This document shows positions 40,839-49,652 of a DNA stretch of 64,000 nt, one piece after another (the stretch's first letter is position 1; the number at the start of each line of letters is the position of its first letter). The notes beneath the pieces were generated by a model. It ran no database searches and was not told the DNA's origin. It saw nothing but the letters and a program-made list of their open reading frames with translations. A program made the translations under genes and the position numbers. This DNA is from an uncultured Spirochaetota bacterium (GTDB taxonomy: Bacteria; Spirochaetota; Spirochaetia; SZUA-6; Fen-1364): the NCBI GenBank assembly GCA_963820525.1, contig CAWGAA010000001.1, positions 256,001-320,000 of the forward strand. The letters run 5' to 3'.

Positions 40839-41841
40839 TCCCGCCCCGCCGCTCGGCCCCGAGGTGATCGTACGCCCCGCGCGTCGCCATTCTTCCCCTC
40901 GGAGTTCGCTTGAGGAAACCGATCTGGATCAGATACGGCTCGTACACGTCTTCAAGGGTGTCCACGGCCTCTCCGATAGAGATGGCCAGGGTTTCGGAGC
41001 CCACGGGCCCGCCCGAGTACTTGTCCACGATGGTGCGAAGGATCTCGCGGTCGATCTTGTCCAGGCCTCTGCCGTCGATTTCAAGGGCTTCCAGCCCGCG
41101 CCGTACTATCGGGCTGTCGATGATGCCGTTTCCCCATACCTGGGCGAAATCGCGCATCCGCCGGAGGATCCTGTTGGCGATTCGCGGCGTGCCGCGGGAG
41201 CATCTGGCGATGAGATCTCCCGCCTCCTCCTCGACGCTGACATTGAGGATTCCGGCGGACCGGGAAACGATCTTTCGAATATCGGCCGGGTCGTAGAAGT
41301 CGAGGCGCATGGGGATTCCGAACCGCGAGTACAGGGGGCTTGAGACCAGGCCCGTCTTCGTCGTCGCGCCCACCAGGGTGAACGGAGCAAGGGGGATCTT
41401 GATGGTCCGGGCGCCCGGGCCCTGCCCGATGACGACATCGATCTCGAAGTCCTCCATGGCGGAGTAGAGCATCTCCTCGACCACGGGCTTCAGGCGGTGT
41501 ATCTCGTCGATGAAGAAGATATTCCTCTCACCGATGCTGGTGAGAATCGCGGCGAGATCTCCCGGTCTCTCGAGAGCGGGGGCCGAGGTGGCGCGGAACT
41601 GAACGCCGAGCTCGTGAGCGATGATTCCCGCCAGAGTGGTCTTTCCGAGGCCGGGCGGCCCGGAGAGGAATACGTGATCGAGGTGCTCGCCGCGTCCCCG
41701 GGCGGCGGTGATGTAGACGGCAAGGTTTTCCCGCAGCTTGTCCTGGCCCACGAACTCGGCAAGCAGGCGGGGCCGCAGGCTCGACTCTTCCCCGTCTTCC
41801 TCGCGAAACGCCGGACTACCCAGACGATCAGCTTCCTTCAT
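40813..41841 (-). CDS. ruvB: Holliday junction branch migration ATPase RuvB
   Basis: LRP, GPPGLGKTTLA, IDEIHRL, RTPRGR. Confidence 0.97.
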   Translation of the reverse strand: MKEADRLGSPAFREEDGEESSLRPRLLAEFVGQDKLRENLAVYITAARGRGEHLDHVFLSGPPGLGKTTLAGIIAHELGVQFRATSAPALERPGDLAAILTSIGERNIFFIDEIHRLKPVVEEMLYSAMEDFEIDVVIGQGPGARTIKIPLAPFTLVGATTKTGLVSSPLYSRFGIPMRLDFYDPADIRKIVSRSAGILNVSVEEEAGDLIARCSRGTPRIANRILRRMRDFAQVWGNGIIDSPIVRRGLEALEIDGRGLDKIDREILRTIVDKYSGGPVGSETLAISIGEAVDTLEDVYEPYLIQIGFLKRTPRGRMATRGAYDHLGAERRGGSEDQPILL

Positions 41842-41854
41842 GCGCGCCCTTCAG

Positions 41855-42460
41855 TCACGCGCGTCCTTCTGTGCCGCCCGCGATGGCGACGGCGCGCTTG
41901 AAGAGCTCGCGCTCCAGGTCTTCGCCCTTCACATCGAGGCCCGCCATAGACTTCAGCGCAGAGGAAGCCGCCTCCTTGGCCGTCTTCCTGTCGAAGCCCA
42001 TGCCCACAAGGGCGGTGGCGATGTCCAGCTCCGTGTTTCTGGCCGCCGCGGGAGTGGCGGGAGTGAGCTTGCCTTTGAGCGTGAGAATGATCTTTTGAGC
42101 CGTCTTCTTCCCGATCCCGGGCACGGCGGAGAGGGCCTCTACATCATCCCGCTCCAGCGCATGCGCGAACTGCTCTCGATCTATCCCCGAGAGTACCTTC
42201 ATCGCGCCGCGGGGTCCCATCCCTTCCACCTTCTGGAGGTCGAGAAAGAGAGCCCTTTCCGCGGGATCGGGGAATCCGTAGAGCCGCATTGCGTCATCCC
42301 GATGCACCAGATGCGTGTACACGCGGGCAGGCTGACCCACGGCCGGAAAATGCTCGAAGGCCTTGCGGGAGATCGAAAGCTCCCACTCGACGCCCCCGGT
42401 GAGCACGCAGATCCTGTCTTCCTCTTTCTGGGTGACTTCGCCCGACAAGCTGTTAAACAT
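41855..42460 (-). CDS. ruvA: Holliday junction branch migration protein RuvA
   Basis: Start MFNSLSG; LYGF; HhH motifs VEGMGPR and VPGIGKKTAQKI. Confidence 0.95.
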   Translation of the reverse strand: MFNSLSGEVTQKEEDRICVLTGGVEWELSISRKAFEHFPAVGQPARVYTHLVHRDDAMRLYGFPDPAERALFLDLQKVEGMGPRGAMKVLSGIDREQFAHALERDDVEALSAVPGIGKKTAQKIILTLKGKLTPATPAAARNTELDIATALVGMGFDRKTAKEAASSALKSMAGLDVKGEDLERELFKRAVAIAGGTEGRA

Positions 42461-42935
42461 GTACCTGGACCCTGTTCGCGTGGCAGATCGCCACGGCAAG
42501 CGCGTCAGCCGCGTGGTCTGGGCACGGTATGGACTCAAGCCCCAGGAGCACCGCTACCAGGCGCTGCACCTGGTCTTTCTCGGCCCTGCCTCTTCCTATC
42601 ACCGCCTGTTTCACCTGTTGAGGGGAATAGAAGCCCACGGGGATCCCCGCTTCCCCCAGGGCGAGAATGACCACTCCCCGCGCATGCGCTACCTGCATGG
42701 CGCTGGAAGCGTTCCGTGCGAAATAGAGCTCTTCCACCGCAGCTTCATCGGGGGCGAACTCCACGATGAGGCGCCGTATCTCGCGATAGATGTGGAGGAG
42801 CCTTTCAGCGAGAGATGTGCCGGGGCAGGTCTTCACGACCCCGTGGTCGACGTGAGTGAAACGAGAGCCGTGGAAACGAACGATTCCGTATCCCGTGGAT
42901 GCGAGCCCTGGATCGATCCCAATCAGGGTCGTCAT
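42453..42935 (-). CDS. ruvC: Crossover junction endodeoxyribonuclease RuvC
   Basis: IGIDPGLASTGYG, AVEELYF, DHAADALAVAICH. Confidence 0.96.
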   Translation of the reverse strand: MTTLIGIDPGLASTGYGIVRFHGSRFTHVDHGVVKTCPGTSLAERLLHIYREIRRLIVEFAPDEAAVEELYFARNASSAMQVAHARGVVILALGEAGIPVGFYSPQQVKQAVIGRGRAEKDQVQRLVAVLLGLESIPCPDHAADALAVAICHANRVQVHV

Positions 42936-43675
42936 TCACTCATGACAAATCCGGCGGGGATCTCCAGATTCGTCGCGACGCTCTGAACGTCCTCGTGGTC
43001 TTCCAGGTGCTCCACGAGCTTGAGAGCCTTCTGCGTCTTTTCGTTGTCCAGGGTGACGGTCGTGTCGGGCACCCTGGCGAGCTCCGCCATCGTGTGTTCG
43101 AACCCCGCCGATTCCAGCGCCTTGACCACCTTGTAGAAGTCATCGGGGCTCGTGGTCACCTCTATGGTCTCTCCATCGTTAGTCACGTCCTCGGCGCCGG
43201 CGTCGATGGCAACGCCCAGGATGTCGTCCTCTTTATACTTGGCCGGATCGTAGGCGATGAGGCCCTTGCGCTTGAAAAGATATGCGACGCTTCCGGCGCC
43301 TCCCAGGTTCCCCCCGCCTTTGTTCAGCAGGTTCCTGATCTCCGCAGCCGCCCTGTTCTTGTTGTCCGTGAGAATGTCGATGAGGAGGGCAACCCCGCCC
43401 GGACCGTAGGCTTCGTAGAGGATCTCCTCGTAGCTCACCCCTTCCAGCTCGCCCGTGCCCTTCTTGATGGCGCGGTCGATGTTGTCCTTGGGCATGTTCG
43501 CCGCTTTCGCCTTGAGGATCGCAGCGCGGAGCCGCGGGTTGGTTTCAGCGTCTCCCCCGCTCAGCCGGGCCGCGATGCTGATCTCTTTGATCAGCTTGGT
43601 GAACATCTGGCCGCGTTTGGCATCCGCGGCGCCCTTCTTATGCTTGATTGTATGCCATTTGCTATGGCCTGACAT
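42932..43675 (-). CDS. yebC: YebC/PmpR family protein
   Basis: MSGHSKWHTIKHKK, YEAYGPGG, TDNKNR. Confidence 0.96.
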   Translation of the reverse strand: MSGHSKWHTIKHKKGAADAKRGQMFTKLIKEISIAARLSGGDAETNPRLRAAILKAKAANMPKDNIDRAIKKGTGELEGVSYEEILYEAYGPGGVALLIDILTDNKNRAAAEIRNLLNKGGGNLGGAGSVAYLFKRKGLIAYDPAKYKEDDILGVAIDAGAEDVTNDGETIEVTTSPDDFYKVVKALESAGFEHTMAELARVPDTTVTLDNEKTQKALKLVEHLEDHEDVQSVATNLEIPAGFVMSE

Positions 43676-43707
43676 ATTCCCCTTTTCTCCTCGTCGTGTA
43701 TGCTCTC

Positions 43708-43737
43708 ACGGTATCACAAAGAAAAAATCGGTGTCAA
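43708..43737 (-). promoter_or_regulatory. Putative sigma70 promoter of yebC-ruvCAB-queA
   Basis: TTGACA (43737-43732), 18 bp ending in TG-n, TACCGT. Confidence 0.55.
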
Positions 43738-43738
43738 G

Positions 43739-43884
43739 CCAACTGCGCGCCGAAGGCGCGCAGTTGGGGGCCCCAGAGCGGCAACCGTTTCGGCGGCGTC
43801 GGCCCTAGGGCGGCAGCGGTGCTACCGCACCGCGAGAGCCGCGAAGCGCGACACCGCCAGGAGCAAACGGCGGGAGCTCTGGGG
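43739..43884 (+). repeat. Structured palindromic element, copy 2 (nested and larger)
   Basis: Perfect 13-bp hairpin CCAACTGCGCGCC-GAA-GGCGCGCAGTTGG, then CCCCAGAGC-GGCA...GGGA-GCTCTGGGG enclosing a second GGCA/GAGA hairpin. Confidence 0.75.
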
Positions 43885-43918
43885 ATACCAGGCCACGGGA
43901 GCTCGCGGGGTGCGCGGT

Positions 43919-45166
43919 CTACGGCCACTCGACGCGGAGGTGTGGAAGCTTGTCGCTGTGCACGCGTTCCTCCACTCCCGCGAGAAGACGGTTGAGGAGG
44001 AGCCTCCCTTTCTGCGTGAACGCGAGCCGATCAGCCCCCGATTCGGCGAGTCCCTCATCGGCCCATTCGTTCCACAATCCGGGGAAGAGCGCGTCGAAGT
44101 CAAACCCGAAGCGCCTCTGGAACGCGGCCCGCTCGATTCCATACCGGGTGCGCAAGCCCATCATGAGGGTCTCAAGGAGGAAGTCGCGATCCGAAACGGC
44201 TTCAAGCTCCATCCCCCACAGCTCCCCGGGGCCGAGGAGAAACTTCCCGATATCGCGCGGGTTGGAGATCCGCATCACCGTGACGTCCCGCCCATGCGGG
44301 ATGGCGGAATCTGCCACGGCCTCGACAACACGCGCGGGAAGCGTCGAGACGGCTCCCGGTCCGACCCCGAGGTACGGCTCGAGCCGCCAGTAGCGAAGGT
44401 TGTGCCGGCATTCCCGCCCTGGGAGCGCGAAGTTCGATATCTCGTAGTTCCGGTAGCCCATCCGTTCCAGGAGACGCTTTCCCGTGAGCCACAGCTCATC
44501 GTCCATCTCTGCGGTATTGGGGCGGATGCTTCCGGCACGGATCAATCGATGAAGCTCGGTGCCCGGCTCCACGGTAAGAGAATACAACGAGATATGGCCT
44601 GGCGTGAGATCCGACAGGAGAGAGAAGTCGTCGGCGAGATCCTCGGTTTTCTGGCCCGGTATCCCCGCCAGGAAATCAAGGCTGACTTCCCGCTTCCAGC
44701 TCTCTTTGAGGAGCCCGATCGCCCGCAGGTTATCTTCGTTTCCCCCCGGCCTCCCGAGGATCTCGAGAAGACCGCTTTTACTGCTTTGGATTCCCACACT
44801 GATGCGGGAAACCCCTTCACGCGAACAGCGTCCCAGGAAGCCGGCGTCGAGCGATTCCGGGTTCGCCTCCACCGTCCATTCCTGCGGGCAGAGCGGCGAG
44901 AGGAAGCCGATCAGCTTCTGGAACTCGTCACCTTCAATGACGCTCGGGGTTCCGCCCCCGACATAGATCGATTCAACGGATCGGGCTTCCAGCGCATCGA
45001 GAAAGCGTTCGGCCTGTCTGAGTGTCTCTGAGACTACCCGCGCCTGCTGGGCACGCTCTTGCCCGCCGCGCCGGCACGGAACGGAATAAAAGTCGCAGTA
45101 CCGGCATTTGCTCGCGCAGAAAGGGATGTGAACGTAGAGGGAGAGAGCGTTTCTAGAGCTTTCCAA
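43919..45166 (-). CDS. hemW: Radical SAM heme chaperone HemW (HemN-like)
   Basis: LYVHIPFCASKCRYCDF, YVGGGTPS, YEISNFA, HNLRYW. Confidence 0.9.
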   Translation of the reverse strand: MESSRNALSLYVHIPFCASKCRYCDFYSVPCRRGGQERAQQARVVSETLRQAERFLDALEARSVESIYVGGGTPSVIEGDEFQKLIGFLSPLCPQEWTVEANPESLDAGFLGRCSREGVSRISVGIQSSKSGLLEILGRPGGNEDNLRAIGLLKESWKREVSLDFLAGIPGQKTEDLADDFSLLSDLTPGHISLYSLTVEPGTELHRLIRAGSIRPNTAEMDDELWLTGKRLLERMGYRNYEISNFALPGRECRHNLRYWRLEPYLGVGPGAVSTLPARVVEAVADSAIPHGRDVTVMRISNPRDIGKFLLGPGELWGMELEAVSDRDFLLETLMMGLRTRYGIERAAFQRRFGFDFDALFPGLWNEWADEGLAESGADRLAFTQKGRLLLNRLLAGVEERVHSDKLPHLRVEWP

Positions 45167-45902
45167 ATTCTCTCGGAGGCCAATAGCGAAGGATGACCTT
45201 TGCCAGGATGCGCGATCCGGATACGGGCCCCCAGGAGCGCGAATCGCTGGAGTCCGGGCGGTTGTCCCCCAGAACGAAATACTGGTCTTCGGCGAGCACG
45301 ATCTCTTCGCCGTTTCCCGAAAAGGGAAGCTCCGGCTGCCAGCCTTTGGCCGAGAAGGCCGTGGTGACTTTTTCCGATGGGCCGACGAGCTCCGATTCGG
45401 GAACGAACTGCGCCGCGCCTCTCGGCCTGATTGATACGGCGAAGCCGCGCATGCGGATGGTGTCTCCCGGCATACCGACGATCCTCTTCACGATGTAGCT
45501 CTGGACGCGTCTCCCGCCCAGATCGCGGTGGAGCGTGACCTTCTGCAGGGAGAAAAAGCTCACGAAGGGCTCGAAGATGCGCGCCACCAGGGAATCCGGG
45601 TTGAAGTAGGGGGGCTGAACGACGACTATGTCCCCGCGGGCGGGCTTCTCGAGGCCGGGGAGCCGGATTGCCGTGAAGGGCACGCGACCGCCGAAGGATA
45701 TGATGCTCGCCATCACCTTATCGGCGGGCCGGAGAAGCGGATCCATGGAAACCGAATCGACGCGGAACGTGGACACGAAGAAACGGGAAACGATCAGGTA
45801 CAGGAGAAGGGATATGAGGATGACCTTCACCGTTCTTGAGCCGAAAAGGCTTGCGCGCCTCTTTCGCGCGGAGGAAGAATAGCGCTCAACGGATCCGATC
45901 AT
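45153..45902 (-). CDS. lepB: Signal peptidase I
   Basis: SVSMDPLL (catalytic Ser), IVKRIVG (catalytic Lys), GDNRPDSSDSR. Confidence 0.92.
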   Translation of the reverse strand: MIGSVERYSSSARKRRASLFGSRTVKVILISLLLYLIVSRFFVSTFRVDSVSMDPLLRPADKVMASIISFGGRVPFTAIRLPGLEKPARGDIVVVQPPYFNPDSLVARIFEPFVSFFSLQKVTLHRDLGGRRVQSYIVKRIVGMPGDTIRMRGFAVSIRPRGAAQFVPESELVGPSEKVTTAFSAKGWQPELPFSGNGEEIVLAEDQYFVLGDNRPDSSDSRSWGPVSGSRILAKVILRYWPPREFGKL

Positions 45903-45908
45903 CAGTGC

Positions 45909-46948
45909 TCACCTGACCAGGCCGAAGCGGCCGAGAGGCCAGTAGCGGAAGAGTCCCTTGCCCAGAACCTTGGCGAGGCGAACCTCCCCGAAGTACCTGG
46001 CGTCGTGGGAGTCGTCGCGATTGTCTCCCATGGGAAAGATGCTGTTCGTGTCGATGTACCAGCCATTCTGGAGAATCGTCCAGGTGATCTGGGCGGGGAG
46101 GTTCGAGGGGTCCATTTCGGCAATCGTGCGATAGCGCCACGCGTCGAAGTATTTCCCGTCGTTGATCGCCGTGATCTCGATCTGAGTCTTTCCCTGCGGG
46201 TCCTTGGAGAACTGGAAGTAACGCGAGACGGCGCTCTTCTGCTGGTCCGTCATTGGCAGCCCGGCGAGCTCAAGGGCAATTCCGATGCCCGAGGCCTTGA
46301 ATAAGGGATAGTCGTCGGGCGTGAAGCTTCTCACCGTCGGGTACGTGAAGCCCAGCTCCTGCTTCAAGGTCGGCTCCGGCTTCCACTCGGTTTCTCCGGG
46401 GGTGAGAATCTCAACGTTGCCTTCCCGCATGCGCAGGCGGTCCCCCCCACCCCGATTTCGCGCTTGATGAGAAAGTGGTGCTTGGGGTTCCCGTTCTGGT
46501 CCCTGTCGATATCGACGAGGGAGAGGGTGACCATGTAGATGACCCGTTGGAGCACATCCATGAGCACGGGGCCCAGCACGGAGGATTTGTTGGGGAGGTA
46601 CTCGGGGTTTTCGAAGATGATGACGTCCCCGCGGGCCGGGACGCGGAACCCCGGCATCTTGAGGATCCCGGGGGCGATCTCCGGACCGTAGACGAGCTTG
46701 TTCACGAAGATGCGGTCGCTCACCAGGAGCGTCGGGACCATGGATTGAGAGGGAATCTGGTATGCCTGCAGCAGATACTGGTTGATGAGCAGGACGATCA
46801 CGACCGCGGAGAGTATGGCGTCGAGCCAGTCGATGATCGGGTTCTTTTTCTTTTGTTTTTCTCGCCGGGCAATCCGCCTGCGCTTGCGCCATGAGAGGTA
46901 GCGTTCGGTGATTCGAACGACCTCCGCTTCCCATTGTCTCACCGTCAT
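45909..46948 (-). pseudogene. lepB: Signal peptidase I with a 1-nt frameshift in a G7 tract (46442-46448)
   Basis: IPSQSMVPTL and LIKR lie in one frame; GDRLRM...GDNRDDSHDARYFG lie in another. G8 restores a 347-codon frame. Confidence 0.82.
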
Positions 46949-46987
46949 GCCTGCTCCGTCGGGTGAGGATAGCAGAGAGCTCGAACA

Positions 46988-47016
46988 TTGACAAGCGAAA
47001 GCCCCGTTTCTATAAT
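46988..47016 (+). promoter_or_regulatory. Consensus sigma70 promoter, leaderless geometry
   Basis: TTGACA (46988-46993), 17 bp, TATAAT (47011-47016), 6 nt, ATG 47023. Confidence 0.85.
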
Positions 47017-47022
47017 CCGCAC

Positions 47023-48714
47023 ATGTCGAAAAAAGACAGGCAGAGCGCCCAACCGGAAGCGCCGGATTCAACCGTCACGCTCACGCCGATCCTCGGCGTG
47101 CGCCCCGGCCAATATCTCACCGCGATCTATGTCGTTGCGCTCGCCCTGATCGTTTTCTTTCTCCTGCTCTATCCCGGCATCAGGAATCCCGGCTCCTACG
47201 TCACCGTCGACGTCCGGCCCGGCTTCGCCCCCATCAAGGTCGACGGCGTGTTTGCCGGCACCGCCCCGGGGACGGTCTTCGTCAAACGCGGAAAGAGGAG
47301 AATCGAGGTTTCACGAACCTTTTTTCAGGGTTCCTCCCAGGAGGTGGACGTGCGGGGGAGGGTCTTCGCCACTCTCCTTTTCCCGTCCCGGATGAAACTC
47401 TCCTTCACGCTATCCGTCTCGGACCTGGATGGGCTCGTCAAACACTCACTCGACGACTTTTCTCAGAATCCCTACATACCACGCGTCCTCTCCGACACGG
47501 CGTGGGCGGCGTTCGGCGCTCCAAGCGGCACAGTCGATGAGGCCCGGAGTCGGCTCTGGGGATTTGTCAACGACTCATTGTTCTTCGTCAACCCCGCCCT
47601 TGATGCCTCTGCCTCCACATCGACGGCTGAAGACCAGCTCGCCGAGCTCTTGAAGGCCTCGGCGCGGATAGCGACGTCGGGTGGGTTCCTCACCCCCTCC
47701 ACTTTCCTTTCCCTTGTCCGCCAGGGGCTTATTATAAAGGAAAAATACGATAATTCACCCGCGTGGCTCCTGCTCGCCCTTTCGAGAGACCACGCCAAGG
47801 CCATCGCCTCCTCGACCTGGATCGCGTCCCACTTCACATCCTACAGGGACGCTCTTTCCCGATACTACCAGGCCAACCTCTCAACCGCCGGAATCGGAGA
47901 CGGCGGCGCAGTCGCCGTCATGGGAGGCATGGGTTTCCGATCCATTCCTCGCGGCGTTCTGGTCATGGGGAGGGACGACAATCTCGAATCGCTGGGAAAA
48001 AGCATCGATCTCCTCCTCCCCCACCCCGTCGAAACAGCCCCTTTCTTCCTCTCCGAGACCGAGGTCACCAACGCCCAATTCCTGGCCTTCATCGAGGACA
48101 GCCCCCCGTGGAGGCCGTCCAACCGCGATTCCCTTGTCACCCAGGGCCTCGTGTCCGACACCTATCTCTCCGGTTGGGCCGACGATCGGCCTCCGTCCGG
48201 CTCGGCGGAGCTTCCCGTGGTCAACGTCTCTTATGACGCCGCCCGCGCATATTGCGACTGGCTGACCAGGAGGATCCAGGGACAGTATCCGGCCGCCGTC
48301 GCCCGCCTCCCTTCCGAAGCCGAATGGGAATGGGCCGCCCGCGGCGGGCTTCGCGGCATGCCCTACCCCCTTGGCGCCAGGCCGGGCAATGCCGTGTTCT
48401 TTCAGACCGGAATCTCCGGTCCTTCCCGTGCGGGTTCTTCCGAGCCCAATGGGTACGGTCTTCGCGACATGGTGGGAAACGTCTGGGAATGGTGCGCCGA
48501 CAGCTTTGGCCCCTCCGACTACCTCCTCTCCTCCCTCGATCCGCGGGCGAACGCGGATCTCATCCCCCGCCATCCCGTGGCGCGGAACAAAGCGGTCCGC
48601 GGGGGGAGCTGGAACAACCAGCGGGACATTATCAGGGTATACACGCGCGGGTCGCAGCCCGAAGACTGGTGCACTCCCTTTCTCGGATTCAGGGTCGCGG
48701 TCTCGCGGCCGTAA
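47023..48714 (+). CDS. Membrane-anchored PEGA-like plus FGE/SUMF1 (C-type lectin fold) domain protein
   Basis: N-terminal TM; RLPSEAEWEWAARGG, PNGYGLRDMVGNVWEW, RGGSW, GFRV. Lacks the FGE catalytic cysteines. Confidence 0.85.
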   Translation: MSKKDRQSAQPEAPDSTVTLTPILGVRPGQYLTAIYVVALALIVFFLLLYPGIRNPGSYVTVDVRPGFAPIKVDGVFAGTAPGTVFVKRGKRRIEVSRTFFQGSSQEVDVRGRVFATLLFPSRMKLSFTLSVSDLDGLVKHSLDDFSQNPYIPRVLSDTAWAAFGAPSGTVDEARSRLWGFVNDSLFFVNPALDASASTSTAEDQLAELLKASARIATSGGFLTPSTFLSLVRQGLIIKEKYDNSPAWLLLALSRDHAKAIASSTWIASHFTSYRDALSRYYQANLSTAGIGDGGAVAVMGGMGFRSIPRGVLVMGRDDNLESLGKSIDLLLPHPVETAPFFLSETEVTNAQFLAFIEDSPPWRPSNRDSLVTQGLVSDTYLSGWADDRPPSGSAELPVVNVSYDAARAYCDWLTRRIQGQYPAAVARLPSEAEWEWAARGGLRGMPYPLGARPGNAVFFQTGISGPSRAGSSEPNGYGLRDMVGNVWEWCADSFGPSDYLLSSLDPRANADLIPRHPVARNKAVRGGSWNNQRDIIRVYTRGSQPEDWCTPFLGFRVAVSRP

Positions 48715-48731
48715 ACGGGCGAACACGCTGT

Positions 48732-49193
48732 ATGTCAAAAGCGGAAGGCGTCAAGGTACTGGCCGTCAACAAGAAGGCCAGGTTCAACTATTCGATCGAG
48801 GAATCCTTCGAATGCGGCATATCTCTGGTCGGTACGGAAGTGAAATCCATCAAGGAGGGAAGGCTGTCCTTCGCCGACTCCTACGGGCAGGTTGAAAACG
48901 ATGAGCTGTGGCTCGTCTCGTTTCACGTCACGCCGTACGCGTTCGGAAACCGCTACAACCTGGACCCGATGCGAAAACGCAAGCTCCTGGTACACAAAAA
49001 GGAGATCAAGCGCCTCAAGAGGATAACCGAGGAGAAAGGCTTGACTCTCGTTCCACTCAGATTCTATCTTAAGAGGGGTCTCGTGAAGTGCGAGCTGGGC
49101 ATTGCTCGCGGGAAAAAGCTCTTTGACAAGCGCCAGGATATCAAGCGGCGCGATCTGAAGAGAGAGGTTGAACGCGAGTTCAGGATCAAGTAA
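48732..49193 (+). CDS. smpB: SsrA-binding protein
   Basis: NKKARFNY, GISLVGTEVKSIK, RKLLVHKKEI, GKKLFDKR. Confidence 0.97.
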   Translation: MSKAEGVKVLAVNKKARFNYSIEESFECGISLVGTEVKSIKEGRLSFADSYGQVENDELWLVSFHVTPYAFGNRYNLDPMRKRKLLVHKKEIKRLKRITEEKGLTLVPLRFYLKRGLVKCELGIARGKKLFDKRQDIKRRDLKREVEREFRIK

Positions 49194-49233
49194 GGCCCTC
49201 CCGTTGTCTGCTTCGCAGATTGCTGACGGGCTA

Positions 49234-49580
49234 GGGGGTGCAACGGTCTCGACTGGGGTCGGTTCGGTCATGGGCTGCAGGTGGAGCGCCAATCTCCTAA
49301 AAGTGGCAAAAACAAAACTGCCAATAACGCAGATTTCGCACTGGCCGCTTAATTGCGACCACGGGTCTCTGGAGTGTGGTCCCGAACATCCGGAGGTGCC
49401 CGCAACAAACCGGGGCTTACCTTCTCGCACGCCTGTGGGCGAGTAGGGAAAACAAAGCAGGCTCGGGCGGGAAGCGGGATGCCGCCTCCCAAACTCCCCG
49501 CCGAGATCTAACGGGCGGATAAACCTGTAGAGGTTCATGGTCAACACTCCAGGACGCGGGTTCGACTCCCGCCACCTCCA
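49234..49580 (+). ncRNA. ssrA: tmRNA; tag (A)ANNADFALAA encoded at 49320-49352
   Basis: GGGGGTG/CACCTCC-A acceptor stem with G3:U70, T-arm GCGGG-TTCGACT-CCCGC, tag ending ALAA-stop; 40 bp after smpB. Confidence 0.95.
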
Positions 49581-49652
49581 TAAAGAAAAGTGGGCTGACC
49601 CGGCAGTGCCGATACATACAATAGGTATAAGCACGGGTAAAGGGACGAAATC

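Noticed and set aside
43739..43767. Intrinsic terminator for hemW
   Set aside because: Strong hairpin but no U-tract on either strand; better explained as part of the repeat element.
47023..48714. FGE/C-type-lectin protein as a diversity-generating retroelement target
   Set aside because: No reverse transcriptase and no template repeat of its 3' end was seen in the window; it sits in core smpB context.
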